Shown piece after piece: positions 22,035-32,874 of a stretch of DNA of 64,000 nt. Each line of letters opens with the position of its first letter. Position 1 is the first letter of the stretch. The position numbers and the translations under genes were made by a program. Source of the DNA: an uncultured Gammaproteobacteria bacterium (GTDB taxonomy: Bacteria > Patescibacteriota > Microgenomatia > Levybacterales > GWA1-39-11); contig CAZXND010000001.1 of the NCBI GenBank assembly GCA_964641355.1, positions 151,858 through 215,857 on the forward strand. Direction: 5' to 3'. Below the pieces are notes generated by a model. It searched no databases and was not told where the DNA came from. It was given only the letters and a program-made list of their open reading frames with translations.

Positions 22035-23631
22035 TAAAATTTTTCCCTACCTATTTTGGTGTTTAACTCTTTTCCTATCCTTTGCCATAATGTTTTCTAG
22101 CTTTTCCTATCAAAAAGGGAGTTTTTTAATTGGAACAAAATTATGGAGTGATTTTGCAGCACATATTCCCTTAATCAGGTCTTTTTCTTTTGGATACAAT
22201 TTCCCTCCAGAATACCCGATTTTTCCCAATTTTCCAATTCACTATCACTTTCTTTTTTATTTAATTGTTGGCATTCTTGAAAAACAAGGCGTTAGAATCG
22301 ACATTGCAATAAATATTTTAAGCACAATTTCTTTTTTTGCCTTGCTTATAATAATTTTCAAAATATCTCATTTATTGTTTAAACGTCGGAAAGTCGCCTA
22401 TCTATCAGTAATTTTGTTTTTATTTAATGGGTCTCTTTCATTCATAGAATTTTTTAAAAAAAACGATTTTTCCTCTATACCAATGTCTATTATAAATAAC
22501 CTAGACTTTCCCTCATGGGGTCCGTACGATGGGAAAGTTGTTTCAGCATTTTGGAATCTTAATATTTATACAAATCAAAGACATCTAGCCGCTTCTTTTT
22601 TATTATGCTTACTTAGTTTTTATTTAATTTTAAAGAAAATAGAAAATAAACAAGCAATCTCATATAAGTTTTGTCTGATCGTTGGTTGTTTATCGGGATT
22701 ATTCTATTTCCTAAATCAATCGGTTTTTATCATGTACTTAGTATTACTAATTGGAATAGGCTTATTTTTCAGAAACCATAGTAAAAAGTTATTTACAATC
22801 TTATTTATTACTGGTGTAATAGCATTACCTCAATACATGTATGTTAATTCTGCTGGAATAGCTTTTAGTCCTCGCATAGAAGTTGGCTATTTAATTGCCA
22901 AAAATTTTTCAATAATAAATTTTATACTATATTGGGTTTTTAACTTAGGACTTAACATTTTTACGATTCCTTTTGCCCTTTATTATTCGAATAAAATTCA
23001 AAAAAAAATATTTTTCATTTTTTTCTCATTTTTCTTAGTAGGAAATCTTTTTATCTTCTCCCCTGATATTGCTGCTAATCATAAATTTTTTAATTTTTTT
23101 ATGATAATTGGTTCAATGTTTTCAAGTTTTGCATTATATAGAATGTGGAGTAAAAATAACTTTTCTAAATTGATAGCAGTAATTTTATTTTTATTTTTAA
23201 CCCTTTCTGGAATTATAGAACTTTTCCCAATCCTTAATGATAAAAAGATAGAATTAAAAGATTATCCATCAAATAAGAGTATTAACTGGATAAAAAATAA
23301 TACACCACCGAATTCAATTTTTATGAACACGAACTTTCTTTACGATAGCGCATCGATTGCAGGAAGAAAAATCTTTTTAGGATGGCCGTACTTTCCCTGG
23401 TCAGCAGGTTACGATACAGACCTGAGATCAAAAGAAATAAAAGCCTTTTTTACTCTAAAAGATAAAACCAGAATATGTTCTTATTTAAGCAAAAATGGAA
23501 TAGGGTATATTTATCTTACAAAACCATCTGAATTTTTCCCCTTTAACAGAACTTATTGGGCGTCTCAATTTATACCTGTATTTAAAAACTTCGATGAATT
23601 AATATTTTCCTCAAAAAAAATATGCAAATAA
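22021..23631 (+). CDS. GT-C-like multi-pass membrane protein (arabinofuranosyltransferase-like)
   Basis: WSD..H after TM1, multi-TM body, C-terminal WIKNNTPPNSIF..IAGRK domain. Confidence 0.6.
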   Translation: MKIFNKIFPYLFWCLTLFLSFAIMFSSFSYQKGSFLIGTKLWSDFAAHIPLIRSFSFGYNFPPEYPIFPNFPIHYHFLFYLIVGILEKQGVRIDIAINILSTISFFALLIIIFKISHLLFKRRKVAYLSVILFLFNGSLSFIEFFKKNDFSSIPMSIINNLDFPSWGPYDGKVVSAFWNLNIYTNQRHLAASFLLCLLSFYLILKKIENKQAISYKFCLIVGCLSGLFYFLNQSVFIMYLVLLIGIGLFFRNHSKKLFTILFITGVIALPQYMYVNSAGIAFSPRIEVGYLIAKNFSIINFILYWVFNLGLNIFTIPFALYYSNKIQKKIFFIFFSFFLVGNLFIFSPDIAANHKFFNFFMIIGSMFSSFALYRMWSKNNFSKLIAVILFLFLTLSGIIELFPILNDKKIELKDYPSNKSINWIKNNTPPNSIFMNTNFLYDSASIAGRKIFLGWPYFPWSAGYDTDLRSKEIKAFFTLKDKTRICSYLSKNGIGYIYLTKPSEFFPFNRTYWASQFIPVFKNFDELIFSSKKICK

Positions 23632-25706
23632 GTATTCTTGTTTATTTTTTAATTTGGTGGCTAAATCTGACAATTTTGGGATTAGTTTTTCTTCCTCTCA
23701 CATTTATACTTTTTAAAAAATTCAAGGACGGAGGATATATTTTTTCTAAGATAATTGGGATCGGCATACTATCTTATTCGGTTTTTATTATCAGTCTTTT
23801 AAAAGTTTTTCCCTTCTCTTTTTATTCAATTTTTTTCTTTTTATCTATTTTTTTAGCAATTAATTTATATTTAGTAAAAAGATTTTCTTTATTCAAGGAA
23901 TTAATAAAAATTTATAATTGGATGATTTTTGAAGAAATATTATTCTTATTTTCTTTAATAACTTGGGCTTATATCCGATCTTTTTCTCCTGAGATTAATG
24001 GTCTTGAAAAATTCATGGACTTTGGATTCATAAATTCGATTCTCAGATCTTCTTATTTCCCTCCCAAAGATATTTGGTTTCCCCCATTCGCTATAAATTA
24101 TTACTACTTTGGCCACCTGTATACTGCTGTTTTAACTAAGATGAGCTTTATTCCTTCACAAATCACATATAATCTCTCGATTGCTACATTATTTGCATTA
24201 ACTCTAACCTCTTCTTTTTCGATTGGTCTAAATGTAATTAAAACCAATAAAATAAAAATCAAGGTAGGAAATGGTCTTCTCTCCGCATTATTAGTAACCC
24301 TTGGGGGAAATTTACATACAATATACTCTTTGTTCAAAGACTATAATGTAGAAAATGTTCTTCCCTTTTGGAGACTTAACTTTTCAATTAATACTTTCCC
24401 AAATAATTATTGGTACCCTAATGCAACAAGATTCATTCCCTTTACTATTCACGAATTCCCTCTTTACTCATTTGTTGTTTCCGACCTTCATGGACATGTT
24501 CTAGATATTCCTTTTGTATTATTGACCATCGCACTGATTCTTAGCCTTTTTGAATATAAAGACATCTCAATAAAAAGAGTAGTTTTTATTTGTTTATTTC
24601 TCAGTTTAATGTATATGACAAATGCTTGGGACGGAGGAATCTATCTTCTTTTGCTATTAATTTCTGTTTTTATATTGATTTTTAAATCAAGAAAAAAAAT
24701 AAGAAACTTGGCAAACAGCTACGTCAGATTTTTATCTATAATATTTTTTTCGTTTGTTATTTTCATCCTTCCTTTTAGCATTAACTTCAAACCTTTTGTT
24801 TCTGGGATAGGAATTCTTTGTTCTCCTAGCTTTTTGACTCAAATAAAACAATTAGGTCCTTTTTTATTCGAAGCCAACCATTGTCAATCTTCTCCAGTTT
24901 GGCAACTTGTCATTCTTTATGGGTTTTTTTACTTTTGGGCAATTGTTCTCCTCGTATATTGGTGGTTAAAGAAATTTAAGAACTTGAACGCATTCATCCT
25001 TATTCTAATATTCTTTTCTACATTATTAATACTTCTACCAGAATTTATTTACTTTAAAGATATTTATCCTCAACACTACAGAGCAAATACTATGTTTAAA
25101 CTAGTCTATCAAGCATTCATCTTATTAAGCATCGTGTCCTCATATTCAATCACAACTGTGTTGACAACAAAGTTAAAAATTTTATTTGCTATTCTTACTA
25201 TTCCTTTATTGTCTCTCGTTTTTATTTATCCAAAATTTGCAATCGACTCTTATTATAAATCTTTGAAGGGGCGTATGTCTCTTGACGGAATAAATTACAT
25301 TTCACAAAAATACCCTGAAGATTACGACGTAATAAGGTGGATAGATAAAAATATTAACGGACAACCAACCATCCTTGAAGCTCAAGGCGATTCATATACC
25401 GACTATGAAAGACTGTCTGCCAATACAGGTCTACCTACAGTTTTAGGTTGGACAGTGCATGAATGGTTATGGAGAGGTGAATACAGCATTCCCGCCCCTA
25501 GGATTAAAGATATTGAAATAATTTATGAATCGGAAAACCTAGTGGAAGTAAAAAAACTACTCAAAAAATACCAAATTGAATATGTATATGTAGGAGTATT
25601 AGAAATGGAAAAGTATAAGAATATTAAAGTGAATAAATTTGAAAAAATAGGAAGTATCGTCTTTAGATCGGGAAAATCTAATCTTTTTAAGATTAATTCT
25701 TATTAG
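23622..25706 (+). CDS. DUF2298 / YYY-motif membrane protein (putative GT-C)
   Basis: EKFMD, INYYYFGH, IHEFP..SDLHGH, NTMFK and LPTVLGW..HE motifs. Confidence 0.85.
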   Translation: MQISILVYFLIWWLNLTILGLVFLPLTFILFKKFKDGGYIFSKIIGIGILSYSVFIISLLKVFPFSFYSIFFFLSIFLAINLYLVKRFSLFKELIKIYNWMIFEEILFLFSLITWAYIRSFSPEINGLEKFMDFGFINSILRSSYFPPKDIWFPPFAINYYYFGHLYTAVLTKMSFIPSQITYNLSIATLFALTLTSSFSIGLNVIKTNKIKIKVGNGLLSALLVTLGGNLHTIYSLFKDYNVENVLPFWRLNFSINTFPNNYWYPNATRFIPFTIHEFPLYSFVVSDLHGHVLDIPFVLLTIALILSLFEYKDISIKRVVFICLFLSLMYMTNAWDGGIYLLLLLISVFILIFKSRKKIRNLANSYVRFLSIIFFSFVIFILPFSINFKPFVSGIGILCSPSFLTQIKQLGPFLFEANHCQSSPVWQLVILYGFFYFWAIVLLVYWWLKKFKNLNAFILILIFFSTLLILLPEFIYFKDIYPQHYRANTMFKLVYQAFILLSIVSSYSITTVLTTKLKILFAILTIPLLSLVFIYPKFAIDSYYKSLKGRMSLDGINYISQKYPEDYDVIRWIDKNINGQPTILEAQGDSYTDYERLSANTGLPTVLGWTVHEWLWRGEYSIPAPRIKDIEIIYESENLVEVKKLLKKYQIEYVYVGVLEMEKYKNIKVNKFEKIGSIVFRSGKSNLFKINSY

Positions 25707-26835
25707 ATTTGGGACTTGGACTAATTAATACAATTCCCTCTCTTCCAACTTCACACTTTTTACCGCTAATTATACAGTTAACAAACTCTTTAACCTCTGA
25801 AAAATCTCCACGACCTACTCTTGGGGCAAGAACCCACTGACCACCATAATCTGAAAGAGGCGGGTTTTTTAAAAGCCCGAGTCTATCGTTATAAGAATCT
25901 CCTTGATCGATTACGTAACTATTAATTTTTGCACCCTTCATCTTTTGCGCTAACTTTATGAAATCATCATATTGGCCTTGAGGGATATCGGTGAAAATAT
26001 TGTCTTTCAATATTCCAACTATTTGAATAACTTTTACAGGGTTTGCTAAAGTCCCAAGGGAGAGAACCTTGCTTTTTAAAGCATTTATAACCAGCTGCTG
26101 TCTTTTAGATCTTGCGAAATCAGACCCTTCAACACCCAATGCATGACGTGACCTCACAAATTTTAAAGCTAAATTTCCATCCATATGTTGATTTCCGTCT
26201 CCAACATGAAGATGGGAAAAACGACAAGGAAAAAGATCAAATTCGGTTGCACTACCTGTCGCAATTTGAGCCGAAAGAGTAGCAAGAGAGTCTTCGGTCA
26301 ATCCGCAAAGATCCTTCTCTTTCCCCTCAACAGGATACGCAAAATCATCAAGAGTATTTTCCACATTAACATCAATTCCTCCTAAAAGATCTACAAGCTT
26401 TGTGAAGCCTGAAAAATCTATTATAAATACGTAATCGGGATTTACACCAATCACCGAACCAACAGCTGCAGATGCCAAAGTCATACCTCTTCCATCTTTT
26501 TCTTGGCCGATTGCATATGCGGAGTTAACTTTCGCACCGATACTATCTAAATATAGATCTCGAGGAATGGAGATAAGGTTCACAACATTTTTATCAGGCT
26601 CTAAATTTGCAAAAATAATAGTGTCAGTTAAATCTGGTCCTTCATGATTTTCCCCACCAATTCCCATTAAGAGGATGTTAACATTTCCGTTCTCACTCTT
26701 TTTAATGTTAATTTTTTTATCTACAAAAAAATCCCAAATTAAGAAAATTGATTTGATTAGTAATATTAAAAAAATAAGACCAACTATAAACAAACCCCAA
26801 TTTCTCTTTTTCTTGTTAGTTTTTTGTAAATCCAT
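25693..26835 (-). CDS. LytR-CpsA-Psr (LCP) family phosphotransferase
   Basis: NILLMG, TDTII, SIPRDL, FVRSRH and DFARSKRQQ motifs. Confidence 0.93.
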   Translation of the reverse strand: MDLQKTNKKKRNWGLFIVGLIFLILLIKSIFLIWDFFVDKKINIKKSENGNVNILLMGIGGENHEGPDLTDTIIFANLEPDKNVVNLISIPRDLYLDSIGAKVNSAYAIGQEKDGRGMTLASAAVGSVIGVNPDYVFIIDFSGFTKLVDLLGGIDVNVENTLDDFAYPVEGKEKDLCGLTEDSLATLSAQIATGSATEFDLFPCRFSHLHVGDGNQHMDGNLALKFVRSRHALGVEGSDFARSKRQQLVINALKSKVLSLGTLANPVKVIQIVGILKDNIFTDIPQGQYDDFIKLAQKMKGAKINSYVIDQGDSYNDRLGLLKNPPLSDYGGQWVLAPRVGRGDFSEVKEFVNCIISGKKCEVGREGIVLISPSPKSNKN

Positions 26836-26843
26836 GTAGTTAC

Positions 26844-27494
26844 TTAAGACAAGATTTTTACAAAACTGTTTACAGTTTCGACTCTAAGACTTGCCGACCC
26901 AATTAAAAATCCTGAAAGATCACTTACTTCTAGTAGACTTTGCAGATGACCAAGATCAACACTTCCCCCATAGAGAATAGGTGTATTCGTCTCTCTTGAA
27001 ATTAACTCTAGAGCTTTTTCAATCTCCTCCACGGTTTTAATTTTTCCAGTTCCTATCGCATCCCTAGGCTCAAAGGCTACTGCATCGGGACTCATATCTT
27101 CAAGTTCTGAAACATTTTCTACACAAAGTATAGTTTTTAAGCCAAATTCCTTAGATCTTTTCATCTTTTCTTTTATGACTTCTTTTGTATCACCCATGAG
27201 GGTTCTTCTTTCAACGTGGCCTAAAATCACATACTCAACAAACTCGGAAAGAGCTTTTCCATTTACTTCACCCGTATAAGATCCTACCCCAAACCTTGAA
27301 ATATCTTGTGCTCCAAGAATAATATTTAACCCTCGATCTTTTACTATTTTCGAACACATGGGAATTGAAACATAGTCTGGACAAAGTATCACTCTACAAG
27401 CAGAAGAGATGTTCTCAACCTCTCCTAAAAATTTTTCCGCCTCACTTGCTGTCTTATTTGATTTCCAATTTAGAACTAAAATTTTTTCACTCAT
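26844..27494 (-). CDS. tpiA: Triosephosphate isomerase (short form)
   Basis: NWK, GSYTGE, GHVERR, FEP..AIGTG and YGGSV motifs. Confidence 0.93.
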   Translation of the reverse strand: MSEKILVLNWKSNKTASEAEKFLGEVENISSACRVILCPDYVSIPMCSKIVKDRGLNIILGAQDISRFGVGSYTGEVNGKALSEFVEYVILGHVERRTLMGDTKEVIKEKMKRSKEFGLKTILCVENVSELEDMSPDAVAFEPRDAIGTGKIKTVEEIEKALELISRETNTPILYGGSVDLGHLQSLLEVSDLSGFLIGSASLRVETVNSFVKILS

Positions 27495-27591
27495 AAGATT
27501 GCTTGTACAGATGGTACAAAGCTAATATAATCTATCTTACTCAATATTCTGGTGCTCCTGCACCCTCATAACGTTTTTCATTATAACAAGT

Positions 27592-29433
27592 ATGGAAGAA
27601 TTTCTCACCAAATTAAATACAGAACAAAAAAAAGCTGTTCTTTCTACAGAAGGACCAGAAATAATACTTGCCGGAGCTGGAAGTGGTAAAACAAGAGTAC
27701 TGGTCTATAAAGTTTTATATTTGATATTGAATAAGAAAATTAGACCTGAAAATATTCTCATGGTTACTTTCACAAATAAAGCTGCTGGAGAAATGCTTGA
27801 GAGGATTAAAAAAATTTTAAACAAAAATGAACTTCCATTATCTAGCACTCCTGTCATTGGAACATTTCATTCTTTGTGTGCGAGAATTTTGAGAAGGGAC
27901 GGGATTGCAATAGGAGTCCCCCACAATTTTCTTATCTATGATACACAAGACCAATTAGATACAGTTAAAACCGTAATGAAAGATCTCGATCTTTCAATTA
28001 AAAACTTTAGACCAAGATCAGTTCTCGAAATAATATCTCAAGCAAAAAATCAAATGATAGATCCTATTTCATATACTAGTATTGCGCATGGATTTTTTCA
28101 AGAAACAGTAGCAAGAATCTATCCAATATACCAAGAGGCAATGTTTAGAACCCATGCTCTTGATTTTGACGATCTTCTACTTTTGACAATTAAACTTTTT
28201 AAAAAAGAACCACGTATTCTTTCAAAATACCAAGATCTATTTAAATATATTTTAGTAGATGAATATCAGGATACCAATCAAGCTCAGTATGAAATAACCA
28301 AACTTTTAGGAGAAAAAACAAGAAACATTTGTATAGTGGGAGATTTTTCTCAGAGTATATACAGTTTCAGAGGAGCTGACTTTAGAAATTTGGAAAAGTT
28401 TAAACAAGAGTTTCCAGAAAGTAATACTTTTCCCTTGTCTCAGAATTACCGATCTACACAAAAGATTCTTGATGCAGCTCACTCTGTTATTTCTAAAAAC
28501 AATACTCACCCGATTCTTTCTTTATGGACCAAAAACCCTGAAGGTGAGGAGGTAATTATTTTTGAAGCAGAGGATGAACATAATGAAGCAGAATATATTG
28601 TATATAAAATAGGTGAGGAGAAAAGAAAAAATTCTAAACTTTCTTATTCAGACTTTGCTGTTCTCTATCGAACTAATGCTCAATCGCGTGCTATTGAAGA
28701 AGTATTTATACATAAAGGAGTACCGTACAAACTGATCGGGGGTGTTAGATTTTATGAACGACGAGAAATAAAAGACGTACTTTCCTATCTCGCTTATCTA
28801 TTCAATCAAAAAGATTTAGTATCTCTAAAACGCATTGAGAAAATTGGAAAAAGGAGACTTGAAAAATTTTTAGAGTATGTGAAGGAGTTCAATAACAAAA
28901 AAGATGAGATACCAACTTTAAACATAATGGATGAAATTTTCGTTAAAACCGGCTATTTAGATCTTTACGACGAGAAAGATAGCGAGGACAGAAATAGATT
29001 AGAAAATATAAAAGAACTAAGATCGGTTGCTCTTGAATTTCCAAATCTCTCCGACTTTCTTGAAAACGTCGCTCTCGTCGAACAAGAATATGTACCTGGA
29101 TCAAATATAAAACAAGGCGAAGATGCTATTCCTCTTATGACCTTGCATGCTGCAAAGGGACTTGAATTCCATATAGTTTTTATCGTGGGACTTGAAGAAG
29201 GAATTTTCCCTCATAGCCAATCTCAGTTTGATTCAAGTGAACTTGAGGAGGAGAGACGACTATGCTATGTTGGTATAACTAGGGCAAAAGAGAAGTTATT
29301 CTTAACATATGCAAGACAACGACTTTATTTTGGTCAAAGAATGAACGGAATTCTATCAAGATTTATTCTGGAATTACCAAAGGAAGTCCTAAAAAACAAT
29401 TTATTAGATACAAAGAATAAACAATATGAATAG
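27592..29433 (+). CDS. pcrA: UvrD/PcrA SF1 DNA helicase
   Basis: AGAGSGKT, VDEYQDTN, QNYRS, MTLHAAKGLEF and EERRLCYVGITRA. Confidence 0.95.
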   Translation: MEEFLTKLNTEQKKAVLSTEGPEIILAGAGSGKTRVLVYKVLYLILNKKIRPENILMVTFTNKAAGEMLERIKKILNKNELPLSSTPVIGTFHSLCARILRRDGIAIGVPHNFLIYDTQDQLDTVKTVMKDLDLSIKNFRPRSVLEIISQAKNQMIDPISYTSIAHGFFQETVARIYPIYQEAMFRTHALDFDDLLLLTIKLFKKEPRILSKYQDLFKYILVDEYQDTNQAQYEITKLLGEKTRNICIVGDFSQSIYSFRGADFRNLEKFKQEFPESNTFPLSQNYRSTQKILDAAHSVISKNNTHPILSLWTKNPEGEEVIIFEAEDEHNEAEYIVYKIGEEKRKNSKLSYSDFAVLYRTNAQSRAIEEVFIHKGVPYKLIGGVRFYERREIKDVLSYLAYLFNQKDLVSLKRIEKIGKRRLEKFLEYVKEFNNKKDEIPTLNIMDEIFVKTGYLDLYDEKDSEDRNRLENIKELRSVALEFPNLSDFLENVALVEQEYVPGSNIKQGEDAIPLMTLHAAKGLEFHIVFIVGLEEGIFPHSQSQFDSSELEEERRLCYVGITRAKEKLFLTYARQRLYFGQRMNGILSRFILELPKEVLKNNLLDTKNKQYE

Positions 29434-30490
29434 TTATATATCAATAGGTGATAACGATAGAAAAAAATTTAATAAAGTTGTAAATCATCCTCTACAGTCT
29501 TTCGAATGGGGGGAGTTCAGGAAAAAAATTGGAACAAAAGTTGTTAGGAAAGCACTGGTCGATAATGAAGGAAATTTTATAGACGGTTTCACTCTAACAA
29601 TACATAAAATTCCTTTCCTTCCTTATAATATTGGCTACGTCGGCAAGGGTAATTTTCCTGATAAGACAACACTTGAAGAACTAAAGAAAATCGGTGAGGA
29701 AGAAAAATGTATATATATTCAACTTGAACCTAATGTAACGATAAATGAAGCGAAAGAAAAAAACATCGATCTGAATAATTTAAAAAATTTTAATATTAAA
29801 CAGTCCTTTCATCCATTATTCACCAAATATACTTTTGTTTTAGACCTTGATAAGTCAGAAGATCAGATATTAATAGGCATGCATCCTAAAACTCGATATA
29901 ACATAAGGGTAGCAACAAAACATAAGGTCGATGTCGTCAATGATAACTCAATCGAAAGTTTTAATAAATACTTGTCCCTCATGGAAGAAACTACTCAAAG
30001 GCAAAGATTCTATGCGCATGATAGAAATTATCACAAGAATCTTTGGGAGATGCTTAAAGATAATAAAAACAAAGATGATTTAATTTATAAAATACTTCTT
30101 GCTTACTACCAACCTGAGGGGAAAAAGAGAGAAGTTTTAACTGCATGGGTAATTTTCATATTTAAGGATGTTATTTACTATCCCTATGGAGCATCTAGTA
30201 GAAATTATCGAGAAGTTATGGCATCAAATCTCACTGCTTGGGAAGCAATTAAAATCGGGAAAGAGATGGGAATGAAAAGGTTTGACATGTGGGGCGCCTT
30301 GGGAGAAAACCCTGATAAATCAGATCCTTGGTATGGCTTCCATAGATTCAAGCAGGGGTATGGAGCTACGCTAACAGAGTTTATAGGAAGTTATGACCTA
30401 ATAATAAATCCGTTTTTATACTACTTAGTAAAACGTATAGATAAAATTCGATGGTTTCTTTTATCACTAAGAAAAAGAATTAGACATTAA
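29426..30490 (+). CDS. FemABX-family peptidoglycan bridge aminoacyltransferase
   Basis: HPLQSFEWG, KTRYNIR, YYPYGAS and GFHRFKQG. Confidence 0.9.
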   Translation: MNSYISIGDNDRKKFNKVVNHPLQSFEWGEFRKKIGTKVVRKALVDNEGNFIDGFTLTIHKIPFLPYNIGYVGKGNFPDKTTLEELKKIGEEEKCIYIQLEPNVTINEAKEKNIDLNNLKNFNIKQSFHPLFTKYTFVLDLDKSEDQILIGMHPKTRYNIRVATKHKVDVVNDNSIESFNKYLSLMEETTQRQRFYAHDRNYHKNLWEMLKDNKNKDDLIYKILLAYYQPEGKKREVLTAWVIFIFKDVIYYPYGASSRNYREVMASNLTAWEAIKIGKEMGMKRFDMWGALGENPDKSDPWYGFHRFKQGYGATLTEFIGSYDLIINPFLYYLVKRIDKIRWFLLSLRKRIRH

Positions 30491-32106
30491 TGCTAAATCC
30501 GATAATCAATAAGCTCAAACACCTCACAACTCTTCAGATAGCAACAATTCTTACCTTAGTAGTTTTCTCCATATATTTAAATACTTTTACAAATAAGTTG
30601 TTCTATGACGATGAGGACTTTATATACAAAAATGAGTATGTAAAGAATTTTAATCTTCCTAAATATTTTTCAGAAAATACAATTGCAGGTAGTGGAAAGT
30701 TAAGTAATTATTATAGACCTTTACTTACTCTTGGTTATGGATTTGAATATATTATTTTTCAAGATTTTCCATTCATATACCATTTCAATAGCGTAGCTCT
30801 TCAAGCAATAAACACAGCACTGGTTTTTTTATTTATAAAAAAACTTTTTGGTAGGAAGCTTATCGCTTTTATTACAGGACTTATGTTTGGAATTCATCCA
30901 ATTCAAACAGAAGCCGTTTCTTATGTCTCTGGTCGTGGAGACCCATTATCTTTTATGTTCATGCTCATAACTTTAATTATATTCGCTAAAAGTAATAAAA
31001 ATTTTTCATATTTTTCTAAATCAACTCTGATCTCTTTACTAGCTTTTTCATGCGCTCTACTTTCAAAAGAAATTACAATAATAACTCCATTTCTTATTCT
31101 GCTAGTAGATCTTATTCGAGAAGGGAACTTAAAAGCCAAAACGTTTAAAAATGCTGTATTTAAAACCATTCCATACTTTTTAATACTTATTTTCTACTTA
31201 CTATTAAGATTAACTCTTTTAAACTTCCAAAATACTCTCAATTTTTATAATTACTCAAATATATATTCCGAAAACCTCTTCATTAGAATGTTAACATTTT
31301 TAAATCTCCTCCCAGAATACTTTAAGCTTTTAATTTTTCCCTGGACCCTATATATTGATCGGAGTACAACTATTATTACGAGCGTCAATCTTAAGGTAAT
31401 TATTACATCCATACTAATACTCACATCTTTCGCTTTATCAGTAAAATTTTTTAAAAAAACTCCTATCCTTTTATTTGCATTTCTGTGGTTTTTTATCTGT
31501 TTTATTCCAACGTCTGGAGTAATACCAATTAATGGTATCTTTTATGAGCATTTTTTATATTTTCCATCTCTTGGTTTTTTTCTATTAGAGTCATATCTAA
31601 TAGTAGAAACCTTTAAATATTTAAAAAGATTTTTAAAAATTACGATAATATTAATTTTTCTTGCTTATATTATTTTTTTAATGAGCAGAACAGTTCATAG
31701 GAATTCTGAGTGGAACAATCCAATAACTTTTTACTCACAGACTCTTAAACATACAGAGAGTGCAAGGATCAGGAATAATTTAGCAATGGCATATGCAGAA
31801 TCTGGAGATTACAAAAAATCGATAGTAGAATATAAAAAATCAATTTATTTTTATGATTTTTATCCTGAAACTCATTACAATTTAGGCAATGCTTATCTTG
31901 CATTGAATCAAACACAAAATGCTATGGATGAGTACGAAAAATCGATAAAAATTGACAAATATTTCTATTATCCATATATCAAACTTTATGAACTATATAC
32001 AAAAACCAACGATCTTCAGAGTAAAGAGGCACTTCTAAAAAAAGTTGAGACTCTTGCGGAAGTAAATAAGACGTTTAATTCTATTCTAATCCAATTTAAA
32101 AATTAG
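30490..32106 (+). CDS. TMTC-like GT-C protein with C-terminal TPRs (putative protein O-mannosyltransferase)
   Basis: YDD..I..N, YYRPL, HPIQTEAV, SKE and EHFLYFP motifs plus TPRs (NNLAMAY, YNLGNAY). Confidence 0.82.
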   Translation: MLNPIINKLKHLTTLQIATILTLVVFSIYLNTFTNKLFYDDEDFIYKNEYVKNFNLPKYFSENTIAGSGKLSNYYRPLLTLGYGFEYIIFQDFPFIYHFNSVALQAINTALVFLFIKKLFGRKLIAFITGLMFGIHPIQTEAVSYVSGRGDPLSFMFMLITLIIFAKSNKNFSYFSKSTLISLLAFSCALLSKEITIITPFLILLVDLIREGNLKAKTFKNAVFKTIPYFLILIFYLLLRLTLLNFQNTLNFYNYSNIYSENLFIRMLTFLNLLPEYFKLLIFPWTLYIDRSTTIITSVNLKVIITSILILTSFALSVKFFKKTPILLFAFLWFFICFIPTSGVIPINGIFYEHFLYFPSLGFFLLESYLIVETFKYLKRFLKITIILIFLAYIIFLMSRTVHRNSEWNNPITFYSQTLKHTESARIRNNLAMAYAESGDYKKSIVEYKKSIYFYDFYPETHYNLGNAYLALNQTQNAMDEYEKSIKIDKYFYYPYIKLYELYTKTNDLQSKEALLKKVETLAEVNKTFNSILIQFKN

Positions 32107-32609
32107 ACTTCATATAAAAACAGTTCGTTTTTTAAATCTTTTTTTATTAATTTTAGTTTCATTTGATATTTATAACTAATAAATTTAGTTCCTGGTTTTA
32201 ACTCTTTTTTTAACTTTGGAATTAAACGATTTAAAGCTTTAGGAACTAGATATGCATAAATAATTGTTGCGTCTTTCAATGGAACATCAAAAAAATTTTT
32301 ATTATAAATCCTAATGGAAAGTTTAGATAAAGCGGTTCTGAATTTTGATATATAAAACCTTAAGGGGTCTATTTCAATTCCCACAGCCTTCGCACCAAAT
32401 TCTTCTGATGCAACTATTAAAAAGCTGCCATCTCCAGACCCAAGTTCAAACACGATGTCCTTTTTATTTATTTTGCCAATTCGACATACTGCCCTAGCTA
32501 CATCTTTGTTAGTTCTCCACCAAGGACTCCAAGGACTATCAGGCGGCCAAACCATTGACAGTAGTAAGAGAAGAAAAATAACAATAATAAAAACAGAAAT
32601 ATAAATCAT
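32103..32609 (-). CDS. Membrane-anchored class I SAM-dependent methyltransferase
   Basis: ELGSGDG, GIEID and N-terminal TM; start set at MIYISV. Confidence 0.85.
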   Translation of the reverse strand: MIYISVFIIVIFLLLLLSMVWPPDSPWSPWWRTNKDVARAVCRIGKINKKDIVFELGSGDGSFLIVASEEFGAKAVGIEIDPLRFYISKFRTALSKLSIRIYNKNFFDVPLKDATIIYAYLVPKALNRLIPKLKKELKPGTKFISYKYQMKLKLIKKDLKNELFLYEV

Positions 32610-32610
32610 A

Positions 32611-32874
32611 TTAGAATTTAAGTACAACCTTTCCCAATATGTTTTTCTTTTCAATCCACCCTATCTCAAAACTATCATTTCTATTATCTCCCGTTACAAA
32701 AACTTTTTTTTTAGAAATCCTAACTATTCTTTTAATCAAGTTTTTATTGTTCAAATTCAAAACAACAACATCGTTATTTCTTATTCTTAGTAGAGATGTA
32801 ACGAAAACTAAATTATTTGAAGAAAAACTAGGAAACATGCTATGACCTGAAATTCTAAATACTCCTAGGATCAT
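32611..32874 (-). CDS. sodX: Ni-SOD maturation protease (S26-like)
   Basis: GHSMFP catalytic Ser, LIKRI Lys, GDNRNDS; overlaps the sodN stop. Confidence 0.85.
   Translation of the reverse strand: MILGVFRISGHSMFPSFSSNNLVFVTSLLRIRNNDVVVLNLNNKNLIKRIVRISKKKVFVTGDNRNDSFEIGWIEKKNILGKVVLKF

Noticed and set aside
27551-27564. GGTGC-TCCT-GCACC hairpin between tpiA and pcrA
   Set aside because: 5-bp stem without a U-tract, in a divergent region; too weak to call
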